From positions 29,601 to 93,600 of the forward strand of contig CAZXDB010000004.1 of the NCBI GenBank assembly GCA_964639465.1: a DNA stretch of 64,000 bases, read 5' to 3'. Source of the DNA: an uncultured Bifidobacterium sp. (GTDB taxonomy: Bacteria > Pseudomonadota > Gammaproteobacteria > Burkholderiales > Burkholderiaceae_D). Position numbers and translations under genes: made by a program. Numbering within the stretch: the stretch's first letter is position 1; each line of letters begins with the position of its first letter. Of the stretch, positions 33,446 through 42,042 are shown in pieces. Under the pieces are notes generated by a model that was not told the DNA's origin, made no database searches, and saw only the letters and a program-made list of their open reading frames with translations.

Positions 33446-34640
33446 ACTACGGTCGAAACACAGGAATCAAGTTATTGTTTGATGGCCTCACACCGAATTG
33501 AAACAGGAGACGGTGTGATGGAAAACATGACGCAATGGGGCGAGCAGTTGGGTGCGCGTGGGCAGGCGGCGTGGCAGGATTTATTTGGCCGGATCGGTTA
33601 CCGATTTGGCCACGCTGGTCTGCGGCAACGCGTGATCGAGTATGTGCAAGGTTTGCTCAGCCCGGTGGAGCGCAAAAATGGCTGGCAATTGGCAGAGGCC
33701 GTCGCGCACGCGACGCCCTGCAACCTGCAGCATTTGCTGGATCGGGCGCCCTAGGAAGCCGATGCGGTGCGCGACGACGTGACCGATTATGTTGCCCATA
33801 CTCTGGGCGAGGCCGATGGGGTGCTGGTCGTTGATGAAACCGGCTTCCTTAAAAAAGGCACGCATTCCGTTGGGGTCAAGCGGCAATACAGCAGCACAGC
33901 CGGGCGCATCGAGAATTGCCAGATCGGCGTGTTTCTGGCCTATGCGAGCCGGCGCGGGCGCGCCCTGATCGATCGCGAGCTGTATCTTCCGCGTGAATGT
34001 GGCGAGCAACTGGCATGTCTGGATGCGGCCACGACGCCGGTCTGGCAAAGACTGTCGGTGGGCGATGGCGCCAAGGGTCCCCGCTATGACGATTGGGCGC
34101 GCTTACCGATGCTGTCGCGGCAGGCGCCTGATGAGCACTGGCTGCTGCTGCGGCGCAGCCTCAAGGAGGGCAAGCTGACGTATTACGAGTGTCACGCGCC
34201 GCAGGGCACGCCGCTGGCGATGCTGGCGCGCGTGGCGGGCAGTCGTTGGACGATCGAAGAATGCTTCGAGGCGGCCAAAGGGGAAGTGGGGCTGGATCAG
34301 TATGAGGTCCGCAGCTGGCATGGCTGGTACCGCCACATCACGCTGGCCATGCTCGCGCATGCCTACCTGGCAGCGCTCTGTGCGCAAGAGCGTGTACGGC
34401 CAGTCCAAAAAAAAGTGTGCCCCAGTGCGATGCAGGCATGGAAACAGCAACGTGCGTCCCGCTGAGCGTGCCGGAATTGCGTCGATTACTGTGGCAGATT
34501 GCGTGGCGCGTTGCCCCTAGTTTGGCAGCAGTCCTCGCCTAGTCATTCTGGCGACGACGTCATCAAGCCCGGACACGAGATTGCCATTGGCGACGGCGGA
34601 TGGGGGTGTTGAGATGAGTTGCGAATGTAGTAGTTGAATA
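33446..34640 (+). mobile_element. degenerate IS701-family insertion sequence (boundaries approximate; terminal inverted repeats not identified)
   Basis: It contains the disrupted transposase described next and abuts the truncated fmdA. Confidence 0.6.
33518..34617 (+). pseudogene. IS701-family DDE transposase, multiply disrupted
   Basis: The ATG at 33518 follows AGGAGA. The N-terminus reads ...GLLSPVERKNGWQLAEAV. Lesions are an in-frame TAG at 33752-33754, an apparently missing central section (328 aa of roughly 400+), a frameshift near 34400-34450, and a second TAG at 34540-34542. The tail in another frame reads [19 protein letters not shown]...WRRRHQARTRDCHWRRR. Confidence 0.7.
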
Positions 34641-34869
34641 GCCGAATGATTGAATTTTAATAAGTTGCATTTAATGTCCGATTTGGTGCGCGCAACGCCG
34701 GCGCGCACCAAGATCAACCATTAAATTCAGTTTTGCTCTGTGTCGGTGTGGCGCTTAAATCGATTCAGCTTGGCTGAAACAATCATGCTGAATTTCTTTT
34801 CAAAAATCGCTAATAGTTGAAGCTGGGAATATTGACAAAAGATCTTTTGGCATTGTACCGTATTGCTAA

Positions 34870-34926
34870 CCTGCAATATGGCAGGATGACGATAAAAAGC
34901 TTTTAAGCCAAAACTGCCTTAAAAGC
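34870..34926 (+). promoter_or_regulatory. leader RNA stem-loops upstream of the transporter/amidase operon
   Basis: Hairpin 1 is cctgc-aatatg-gcagg (34870-34885). Hairpin 2 pairs gcttttaag with cttaaaagc (34899-34926, 9 bp). A small ggc-aaaaat-gcc hairpin (34932-34943) shares its 3' arm with the terminator 5' arm. Confidence 0.45.
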
Positions 34927-34940
34927 CTACCGGCAAAAAT

Positions 34941-34978
34941 GCCCAGATTGAGTGCGAACTCGTCTGGGCACTTTTTTT
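34941..34978 (+). terminator. intrinsic terminator inside the 5' leader (candidate AmiR antitermination target)
   Basis: The stem pairs gcccaga with tctgggc, with inner gag/ctc pairs. It is followed by C plus 7 T (34972-34978), about 180 nt upstream of the urtA-like ATG. Confidence 0.7.
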
Positions 34979-35156
34979 GCATATAGCCAAATTGCCCACG
35001 GCGGCGATTGCCGAGGTGTCTGTGATGGTTGTTCACGGAATGTTGTTCTTGAACCAAGAGGTAGAGGACACGGAGTTGCACCTGGCCCCAACCTTAGCAG
35101 AAGCGTATGCCCGAAGGCATTTTCAATGAAGTTACCAACCAACCTAAGGTATAAAA

Positions 35157-36383
35157 ATGTCCAACAAAACAAGAAATCCGAACACGCTGGAAAGCCTGTC
35201 CCGCCGCGAAGCCATCGGCAAGCTCGGCGTTACTGCAGCTGCCATTGCTGGTGCTATCCCTGGAACCATGTTGTTCTCACGCGAGGTCGCTGCTGCCGAC
35301 AAAGTAAAAGTCGGTATTCTTCATTCTTTGAGCGGCACAATTGCGATCGCCGAGAAGTCGGTGGTAGATGCAGAGATGCTCGCTATCGAACAGGTCAACA
35401 AAGCCGGCGGCGTGATGGGCAAGCTGATCGAGCCCGTGATCGAAGACGGTGCCAGCGACTGGCCGACTTTTGCCGAGAAAGCGCGCAAGCTGCTCGAAAA
35501 AGACAAGGTTGCAGCGGTGATGGGTTGCTATACCTCCGCCTCCCGTAAAGCAGTGCTGCCAGTATTCGAGAAGCTGAATGGCCTGCTGTACTACCCAACT
35601 TATTATGAGGGTCTCGAGCAATCGCCTAACATCATGTACACCGCACAGGAAGCGACGCAGTCAGTCATTTCTGCGATGGAGTGGTTGTATGCGAACAAGG
35701 GCAAGACCTTCTACATGATCGGCTCAGACTACATCTGGCCACGTACCACCATCAAGATCGCGAAAGCAACGCTGGCGCGCCTCGGCGGCAAGCTGGTCGG
35801 TGAGGGTTACTACCCACTCGGTCACATCGAGTTTTCGTCCGAAATCAACAAGATCAAGGCAGCCAAGCCAGATGTCATCCTGAACTGCGTGGTGGGTGGC
35901 TCGAACGTTGCGTTCTTCAAGCAGTTGAATGCCGCTGGTATCACCGGCAAGAACCAGACCGTGCTTTCGCTGGCTGTCTCGGAAGAAGAAGTTTCAGGTA
36001 TCGGTGCTGCTAACACCGCAGGTACACTGACCTGCATGGGCTACTTCCAAGGTCTCAACAACCCGGAGAACAAGAAGTTTGTCTCTGAGTTCAAGAAAAA
36101 GTATGGCGCCGATCGCGTCACTGGCGACACGCTGGCCTGCGGCTACACCTCGGTACTGCTGTGGGCCAAGGCTGCTGAAAAGGCGAAGAGCTTCGATGTT
36201 GCCAAAGTGGTCGCTGCCTCGTCGAACCTCGAGATCAGCGGCCCAGAGGGCAAGGTCAAGTTCCACCAGTCGAACCATCACCTGTGGAAGCATGCGCGTA
36301 TCGGTGCGTTCCGTGCGGATGGCCAGGTCGACATGATCTATGAGTCGAAGCTGATCGAGCCAAACCCCTTCCCGAAACTGTAA
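35157..36383 (+). CDS. urtA: urea/short-chain amide ABC transporter substrate-binding protein (UrtA/FmdD family)
   Basis: 408 aa. A twin-arginine-like signal is present (LSRREAIGKLGVTAAAIAGA). The core reads VKVGILHSLSGTIAIAEKSVVDAEMLAIEQVNKAGGV...GCYTSASRKAVLPVFE. Confidence 0.85.
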   Translation: MSNKTRNPNTLESLSRREAIGKLGVTAAAIAGAIPGTMLFSREVAAADKVKVGILHSLSGTIAIAEKSVVDAEMLAIEQVNKAGGVMGKLIEPVIEDGASDWPTFAEKARKLLEKDKVAAVMGCYTSASRKAVLPVFEKLNGLLYYPTYYEGLEQSPNIMYTAQEATQSVISAMEWLYANKGKTFYMIGSDYIWPRTTIKIAKATLARLGGKLVGEGYYPLGHIEFSSEINKIKAAKPDVILNCVVGGSNVAFFKQLNAAGITGKNQTVLSLAVSEEEVSGIGAANTAGTLTCMGYFQGLNNPENKKFVSEFKKKYGADRVTGDTLACGYTSVLLWAKAAEKAKSFDVAKVVAASSNLEISGPEGKVKFHQSNHHLWKHARIGAFRADGQVDMIYESKLIEPNPFPKL

Positions 36384-36506
36384 TTCTTCGGGTCGAGTTC
36401 ACTCGACTTCCCCTGAATTACCCCGGCCATCGCCACGCTAATGTGTGGTGGTCGGGGTTGTTCGGGGTCCTGCAACTTCTGGCGTTAACGTTACCCGGCT
36501 CTCCAA

Positions 36507-37409
36507 ATGTCATTTGATGCGTTTGTAATGCAGTCCTTCACGGGACTCTCTATTTTTTCGGTGCTGATGCTGATGGCACTCGGGCTGACTATTATTTTCG
36601 GCCTGATGGGCGTCATTAATATGGCGCATGGCGAGTTCATGGCTCTAGGCGCTTACTGCACCTACGCGACCGCAAAATTTTTCGAGGCGTTCCTTCCTGG
36701 TTTGATGGATGGCTTTGTCTTTGTCGGCATTGTCTTGGCCTTTGTTGTCACCAGCTCTGTCGGCTACCTGCTGGAACGAGGCCTAATACGACACCTTTAC
36801 CATCGCCCGCTGGACACCTTGTTGGCAACCTGGGGCGTCAGTCTGATCATGCAGCAGCTTTTCCGGCAGTTTATTAATCCGCGCGAAGTCGAGGTGCCGA
36901 CGGTGAATTGGTTGCAAGGCGCTGTCAATATATCGGAAGGCGTTGCGCTGCCGCTATCGCGCTTGTTCATTATTTGTCTTGCGGTTTTCACGTTGTTGTT
37001 TGTCTTTTACCTTTTGTATCGAACCCACTGGGGTATTTCCATTCGCGCCGTGACTCAAAATCGTCCGATCGCCAGTGCGGTGGGTATTAATACGCAAAAA
37101 GTGGATGCCACTACGTTCGCATTGGGCAGCGGCTTGGCCGGTATCGCAGGGAGTGTGTTCACCATGCTTGCCTCCACGGGCCCTACGACCGGACAAGCTT
37201 ACATAGTCGATACATTCATTGTGGTGGTGTTCGGTGGCGTCGAGAGTTTGCTCGGTACAGTGCTTTCCGCGTTCATCATCGGTCAGATGCAATCCTGGCT
37301 TGAATTCGGCTTAAGCGGCTCGATGGCGCGAGCAGCGATTCTTGCCGCTGTCATCTCGGTTCTATTCTTCCGGCCGAATGGGCTGTTCTCACAAAAGGTT
37401 AGGCGCTAA
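36507..37409 (+). CDS. urtB: urea/amide ABC transporter permease (UrtB family)
   Basis: 300 aa, LivH-like polytopic permease in the Urt gene order. Confidence 0.85.
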   Translation: MSFDAFVMQSFTGLSIFSVLMLMALGLTIIFGLMGVINMAHGEFMALGAYCTYATAKFFEAFLPGLMDGFVFVGIVLAFVVTSSVGYLLERGLIRHLYHRPLDTLLATWGVSLIMQQLFRQFINPREVEVPTVNWLQGAVNISEGVALPLSRLFIICLAVFTLLFVFYLLYRTHWGISIRAVTQNRPIASAVGINTQKVDATTFALGSGLAGIAGSVFTMLASTGPTTGQAYIVDTFIVVVFGGVESLLGTVLSAFIIGQMQSWLEFGLSGSMARAAILAAVISVLFFRPNGLFSQKVRR

Positions 37410-37411
37410 GC

Positions 37412-38530
37412 ATGAAATTGCTCGATAGGTTTTTCGGTCCCTCGCACGCGGAGGTCGGACTGAGCAGGATCGGCTTTGTAGTTGTTGCTCTGGTTCTGCT
37501 GTTGGTTCTACCTTTCACGCTGAATGTTTTCCGTTTGGGGTTGGCGGCGAAGTATTTATCGCTCGCCTTCTCGGCGGTCGGCATTGTTCTCATATGGGGC
37601 TACGGTGGTATTTTGAGTTTGGGGCAAGGCTTCTTCTTTGGCCTAGGTAGCTACATGCTTGCCATGTTTCTGAAGCTCGAGGCGACAAATTCGGATAGCT
37701 CGGCACAGGCCTTATCTGCGTTCTTCGGCTCTAAACTTCCCGATTTTATGGTGTGGAATAGTGTCGAGGCGCTGCCATTTTGGTGGGAGCCGTTCAACTA
37801 TGTCTGGTTCACCTTGCTGGCGATCGTGATATTGCCGGCGGTGTTTGCGTTTGTGTTTTCATACGCCGCTTTCCGCCGACGCATAGGCTCGGTGTATTTC
37901 TCGATTGTCACGCTGTCGCTGTCAGCAATTTTGGCAATCATGATTATCGGCCAGCAGGGCGTCACCGGTGGTGTTAATGGTATTAACGATTTCCGCACAT
38001 TCATGGGCATCAATCTTGATTCGGATTCGGCCAAGGTGGCGATGTATTACGTCACGGTGTCACTGCTGCTGTTGGGTATGCTGATTTGCGGATTTGTTCT
38101 CAATAGCCGATTGGGCAGAGTAGTGATTGCTATCCGTGATAACGAGGACCGAGTGCGCTTCTCTGGTTATAACCCAGCGTTGTTCAAGGCATTTATTTTC
38201 GCGATTGCTGCGGTGTTTTCATCGATAGGCGGCGCTATGTTCACGATTCAGCAAAGCCTGGCCTCACCGTCACTAGTAGGTATTGTGCCCTCAATCGAGA
38301 TGGTGATTTACGCGGCGGTCGGCGGAAGATTGTCGCTGGTGGGCGCAGTGCTCGGCGCCGTGCTGGTGGGTACGGCTAAAACAGTGTTCTCCGAAAACTT
38401 TGCCACGCTGTGGGTTTACTTCATCGGTTTCCTGTTCGTATTCGTGGTCATGTATCTACCGAACGGCATCGTTGGGTTGGTCACTTGGCTGCGGAGTTTA
38501 AGAAACAAGCAAGACGGCAGCAAAAACTGA
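37412..38530 (+). CDS. urtC: urea/amide ABC transporter permease (UrtC family)
   Basis: 372 aa, LivM-like permease. It starts 2 nt after the urtB stop. Confidence 0.85.
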   Translation: MKLLDRFFGPSHAEVGLSRIGFVVVALVLLLVLPFTLNVFRLGLAAKYLSLAFSAVGIVLIWGYGGILSLGQGFFFGLGSYMLAMFLKLEATNSDSSAQALSAFFGSKLPDFMVWNSVEALPFWWEPFNYVWFTLLAIVILPAVFAFVFSYAAFRRRIGSVYFSIVTLSLSAILAIMIIGQQGVTGGVNGINDFRTFMGINLDSDSAKVAMYYVTVSLLLLGMLICGFVLNSRLGRVVIAIRDNEDRVRFSGYNPALFKAFIFAIAAVFSSIGGAMFTIQQSLASPSLVGIVPSIEMVIYAAVGGRLSLVGAVLGAVLVGTAKTVFSENFATLWVYFIGFLFVFVVMYLPNGIVGLVTWLRSLRNKQDGSKN

Positions 38531-38544
38531 GCAAAGCGAAACCT

Positions 38545-39285
38545 ATGTCAAACAAATTTGTTCTCCAGATTGAAGACTTGACCGTGTCGTTCGACGGCTT
38601 CAAAGCAGTCGATGGCCTCAATTTTTATTTGGAACCAGACGCGCTGCATTGCGTGATCGGGCCCAACGGCGCGGGCAAGACCACCTTGCTCGATATGATC
38701 TGTGGAAAGACAAAGCCGACGGGCGGCAAGATCTTTTTTAAAGACATCAATATCACCGAGTTGATGGAATATCAGATTACCCGCCTGGGTATCGGTCGGA
38801 AATTTCAGACGCCGTCCGTCTACGATCAGTTGACGGTGTTCGAGAACTTGGAGATTTCTCATCCAAATCCGCGAGGTGTGTTGGGATCGGTATTTTTCAA
38901 GCGTACTGACCTTATTACGGAAAAGGTTCATGAAGTCGCCAATAAGATTTTTCTCGGCGACCATCTTGATGATACGGCCGCGATTCTCTCGCACGGCCAA
39001 AAGCAATGGCTTGAGATCGGCATGCTGCTGATGCAGGACCCCGAACTGATTCTGCTGGATGAGCCCGTCGCTGGCATGAGCGCCAAGGAGCGGGAAAAAA
39101 CGGCAGCGCTACTCAATGAGATTTCACGTGGTCGTTCCATTATCGTGATCGAGCATGACATGGCCTTTGTAAAAATGGTTGCAAAGAAGGTGACCGTTTT
39201 ACATCAAGGCAAGCTGCTGGCAGAGGGCACACTCGAAAAAGTGCAAGAGAACGAGCAGGTTAAACAGGTTTACCTGGGACATTGA
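38545..39285 (+). CDS. urtD: urea/amide ABC transporter ATP-binding protein (UrtD family)
   Basis: The ORF runs 38410..39285, with an internal ATG at 38545 (MSNKFVLQIEDLTVSFDGFKAV). The Walker A motif is GPNGAGKTT. Confidence 0.85.
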   Translation: MSNKFVLQIEDLTVSFDGFKAVDGLNFYLEPDALHCVIGPNGAGKTTLLDMICGKTKPTGGKIFFKDINITELMEYQITRLGIGRKFQTPSVYDQLTVFENLEISHPNPRGVLGSVFFKRTDLITEKVHEVANKIFLGDHLDDTAAILSHGQKQWLEIGMLLMQDPELILLDEPVAGMSAKEREKTAALLNEISRGRSIIVIEHDMAFVKMVAKKVTVLHQGKLLAEGTLEKVQENEQVKQVYLGH

Positions 39286-40004
39286 TTTCGGTATCAGCAT
39301 CCCTTCTGGAGAAAATTTTGCTTTCTGTTGAAAAACTGAATGTTTACTACGGCAAAAGTCATGTGATCCATGACTTGAGCTTTAGCGTTCGTCACGGCGA
39401 GTCGGTGGCGCTGATGGGGCGCAATGGCATGGGTAAAACTACGCTGCTGAAAACCATCATTGGCTTGCTCAAGGTTGGATCGGGCGATGTCAGTTTCGAT
39501 GCCAAATCCGTGGCTGTGCTCGCGCCGCATGAGCGTGTCGCGCGTGGTTTTGGTTATGTGCCGCAGGGTCGGATGATTTTTCCGTACCTTACGGTGGAAG
39601 AAAATATCCTCGCCGGGATGCTGGACAAGCGCCGGGGTATTCCTGACGAGATTTACGAATTTTTTCCGGTCCTGCTTGAGATGCGAAAGCGTAAAGGTGG
39701 CAACCTGTCCGGTGGGCAGCAGCAGCAACTCGCGATTGCTCGCGCACTGGTAAATAACCCGAAGGTACTCATCCTGGATGAGCCGACTGAGGGTATACAG
39801 CCCTCCATCATTAAAGAACTGGCGCACAAGCTGGTGGAGCTGAAAGAAAAGAAAAATTTTTCGTTGATTGTCAGTGAGCAGGTACTGTCATTTACCAAGG
39901 TGGTCGCCGATCGCTTTCTGATTCTGGAGAAGGGCGCTGTGGTCTACGAAGCAACCAAACACGACTTGGACGATAGTCGTGTGCACTCGCTGCTGACTAT
40001 TTGA
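39282..40004 (+). CDS. urtE: urea/amide ABC transporter ATP-binding protein (UrtE family)
   Basis: A TTG at 39282 overlaps the urtD stop. An alternative TTG at 39318 follows CTGGAG. The Walker A motif is GRNGMGKTT and the signature motif is LSGGQQQ. Confidence 0.85.
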   Translation: MISVSASLLEKILLSVEKLNVYYGKSHVIHDLSFSVRHGESVALMGRNGMGKTTLLKTIIGLLKVGSGDVSFDAKSVAVLAPHERVARGFGYVPQGRMIFPYLTVEENILAGMLDKRRGIPDEIYEFFPVLLEMRKRKGGNLSGGQQQQLAIARALVNNPKVLILDEPTEGIQPSIIKELAHKLVELKEKKNFSLIVSEQVLSFTKVVADRFLILEKGAVVYEATKHDLDDSRVHSLLTI

Positions 40005-40127
40005 TTGGATGATTCATCGTGCTTTTGCCGCAATTAAAGGCCGGGCGCGATGAGTTTTGAAATTGAGCTTTTCGGATGAAGAGCTCATTGTGGGTTGTAT
40101 CAATTTTTGAAGAAAGGGAGAGCAGAC

Positions 40128-41165
40128 ATGAGACACGGTGATATTGCGAGTAGCAAAGACTGCGTTGGGGTGGCAGTAGTCAACTATAAGATGCCTCGCC
40201 TTCATACCAAAGCCGAAGTGCTGGACAATGCACGCAAGATCGGCGACATGCTGGTTGGCATGAAACAAGGCCTGCCAGGTATGGACCTGGTGATTTTTCC
40301 GGAGTATTCGACACACGGCATCATGTATGACTCGAAAGAGATGTACGAAACCGCGTCGACCGTTCCTGGCGAAGAGACTGAAATCTTTGCGGCTGCTTGC
40401 CGTAAAGCGAATGTGTGGGGCGTGTTCTCGCTGACAGGTGAGCGTCACGAGCAGCATCCCAATAAGGCGCCTTACAACACTCTGATCTTGATGAACAACA
40501 AGGGCGAGATCGTGCAGAAGTATCGCAAGATCATGCCGTGGGTACCGATCGAGGGTTGGTATCCGGGCGACTGCACCTATGTATCCGATGGACCGAAGGG
40601 CATGAAGATCAGCTTGATCATCTGCGATGACGGTAACTACCCGGAAATCTGGCGTGATTGCGCCATGAAAGGTGCTGAATTGATCGTGCGCTGCCAGGGC
40701 TACATGTATCCGGCCAAAGAGCAGCAGATCACCATGGCTAAGGCAATGGCTTGGGCTAACAACAGCTATGTGGCAGTTGCCAACGCTGCTGGCTTCGACG
40801 GCGTGTACTCCTACTTCGGTCATTCGGCTATAGTTGGCTTCGACGGCCGGACGCTGGGTGAATGCGCTGAGGAAGAGATGGGCATTCAGTATGCTGAATT
40901 GTCCGTATCACTGATTCGTGACGCACGCAAGAACAGCCAATCCAATAACCACTTGTACAAGCTGCTGCACCGTGGCTACACCGGCAAAATCAATTCCGGT
41001 GAAGACGCAAATGGTGTTGCTGCATGTCCGTACGAGTTCTACGGCAAGTGGATCAATGATCCGGAAGGAACACGCAAAATGGTTGAGGCCTTGACGCGTG
41101 ATACGCCCGGAACCGAGGATGCACCGATCGAGGGAATCCCGAATAAGGCTACAGCCCACCGTTAA
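40128..41165 (+). CDS. amiE: aliphatic amidase (acylamide amidohydrolase, nitrilase superfamily)
   Basis: The ATG at 40128 follows [46 protein letters not shown]... is near-collinear with Pseudomonas aeruginosa AmiE. The catalytic Cys context is [37 protein letters not shown]. Confidence 0.95.
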   Translation: MRHGDIASSKDCVGVAVVNYKMPRLHTKAEVLDNARKIGDMLVGMKQGLPGMDLVIFPEYSTHGIMYDSKEMYETASTVPGEETEIFAAACRKANVWGVFSLTGERHEQHPNKAPYNTLILMNNKGEIVQKYRKIMPWVPIEGWYPGDCTYVSDGPKGMKISLIICDDGNYPEIWRDCAMKGAELIVRCQGYMYPAKEQQITMAKAMAWANNSYVAVANAAGFDGVYSYFGHSAIVGFDGRTLGECAEEEMGIQYAELSVSLIRDARKNSQSNNHLYKLLHRGYTGKINSGEDANGVAACPYEFYGKWINDPEGTRKMVEALTRDTPGTEDAPIEGIPNKATAHR

Positions 41166-41183
41166 GCTTCGGTGACTTCGTTC

Positions 41184-41221
41184 GCACGCCCCAATCGCCT
41201 GCGCTTGGGGCGTGCATTTTT
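41184..41221 (+). terminator. rho-independent terminator immediately after amiE
   Basis: An 11-bp stem pairs gcacgccccaa with ttggggcgtgc and is followed by ATTTTT. Confidence 0.75.
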
Positions 41222-41232
41222 GACTCCCGCCG

Positions 41233-42042
41233 ATGAACGACCTAATTCAGCCTTACTACATCTCTTCTGAGCCTTATTATCTAAGCGCAGAAAACGAGAT
41301 CGAATTATTCGAAGCTGCATACCGCTTGCGGATGCCAATGGTATTAAAAGGGCCAACGGGATGCGGTAAGACACGCTTCATGGAGTACATGGCTTGGCGC
41401 TTGCAGCGCCCCTTGATCACCGTCGCCTGTAACGAGGATATGACCGCTTCCGATCTTGTCGGGCGGTTTCTACTCGATGCTAATGGCACAATCTGGCACG
41501 ATGGGCCATTGACGATTGCGGCGCGTTATGGCGCGATTTGCTATCTCGATGAAGTGGTCGAGGCACGTCAGGACACCACGGTCATTATTCACCCACTGAC
41601 AGATAATCGTCGCACGCTGCCGCTCGACAAGCGGGGTGAACTGATTCATGCGCATCCGGACTTTCAGCTCGTGGTGTCGTATAACCCCGGCTATCAAAGT
41701 CTTACCAAAGATCTGAAGCAATCAACAAAGCAGCGTTTTGGTGCACTCGATTTCGACTACCCGGAAGAAAAAATAGAAGCTGACATCGTCGCCCATGAGA
41801 GTGGTGTGGCCACCGAGATCGCCAACAAACTGGTCGGTATTGCGCATCGCTCGCGCGCCTTGCGTGGCCGTGGGCTGGAAGAAGGGATTTCAACCCGTAT
41901 GCTGATTCACGCTGGCGCACTGATCTATGCCGGTATCTCTGCGCGAGAGGCATGTCGACTTGCCATGGCGCGGCCGATTACTGACGATCCCGATATGCTC
42001 TCGGCAATCGATGGGTTCATCGATGCTTACTTCGGTATCTGA
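41233..42042 (+). CDS. CbbQ/NirQ/NorQ-family AAA+ ATPase
   Basis: 269 aa. The Walker A motif is KGPTGCGKT and the Walker B-like motif is [10 protein letters not shown]. Size and sequence match the CbbQ/NorQ class. Confidence 0.85.
   Translation: MNDLIQPYYISSEPYYLSAENEIELFEAAYRLRMPMVLKGPTGCGKTRFMEYMAWRLQRPLITVACNEDMTASDLVGRFLLDANGTIWHDGPLTIAARYGAICYLDEVVEARQDTTVIIHPLTDNRRTLPLDKRGELIHAHPDFQLVVSYNPGYQSLTKDLKQSTKQRFGALDFDYPEEKIEADIVAHESGVATEIANKLVGIAHRSRALRGRGLEEGISTRMLIHAGALIYAGISAREACRLAMARPITDDPDMLSAIDGFIDAYFGI

Noticed and set aside
34870-34943. Canonical ANTAR dual-hexaloop motif
   Set aside because: The hexaloops AATATG and AAAAAT have A at position 1 but lack the conserved G at position 4. 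The spacing between the hairpins is also long. I keep it only as a divergent candidate, in the findings.
34952-35548. ORF 34952..35548 and neighbouring small ORFs across the leader and the 5' end of urtA
   Set aside because: It overlaps the terminator hairpin and lies out of frame with the well-supported UrtA-family gene. Its translation is Arg/Cys-rich with no domain.
36384-36506. Intercistronic stem-loops after the SBP gene (gtcgag-ttca-ctcgac at about 36391-36406; imperfect ccccggcc...ggtcgggg at about 36421-36457) as a terminator
   Set aside because: There is no U-tract. This is more likely an mRNA-stabilising or processing structure, as is common after SBP genes of ABC operons. I did not list it as a feature because the pairing is imperfect.
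41927-42022. Upstream start for the VWA protein at 41927
   Set aside because: It would overlap the AAA+ gene by 116 nt. The ATG at 42023 gives a short overlap typical of translational coupling.
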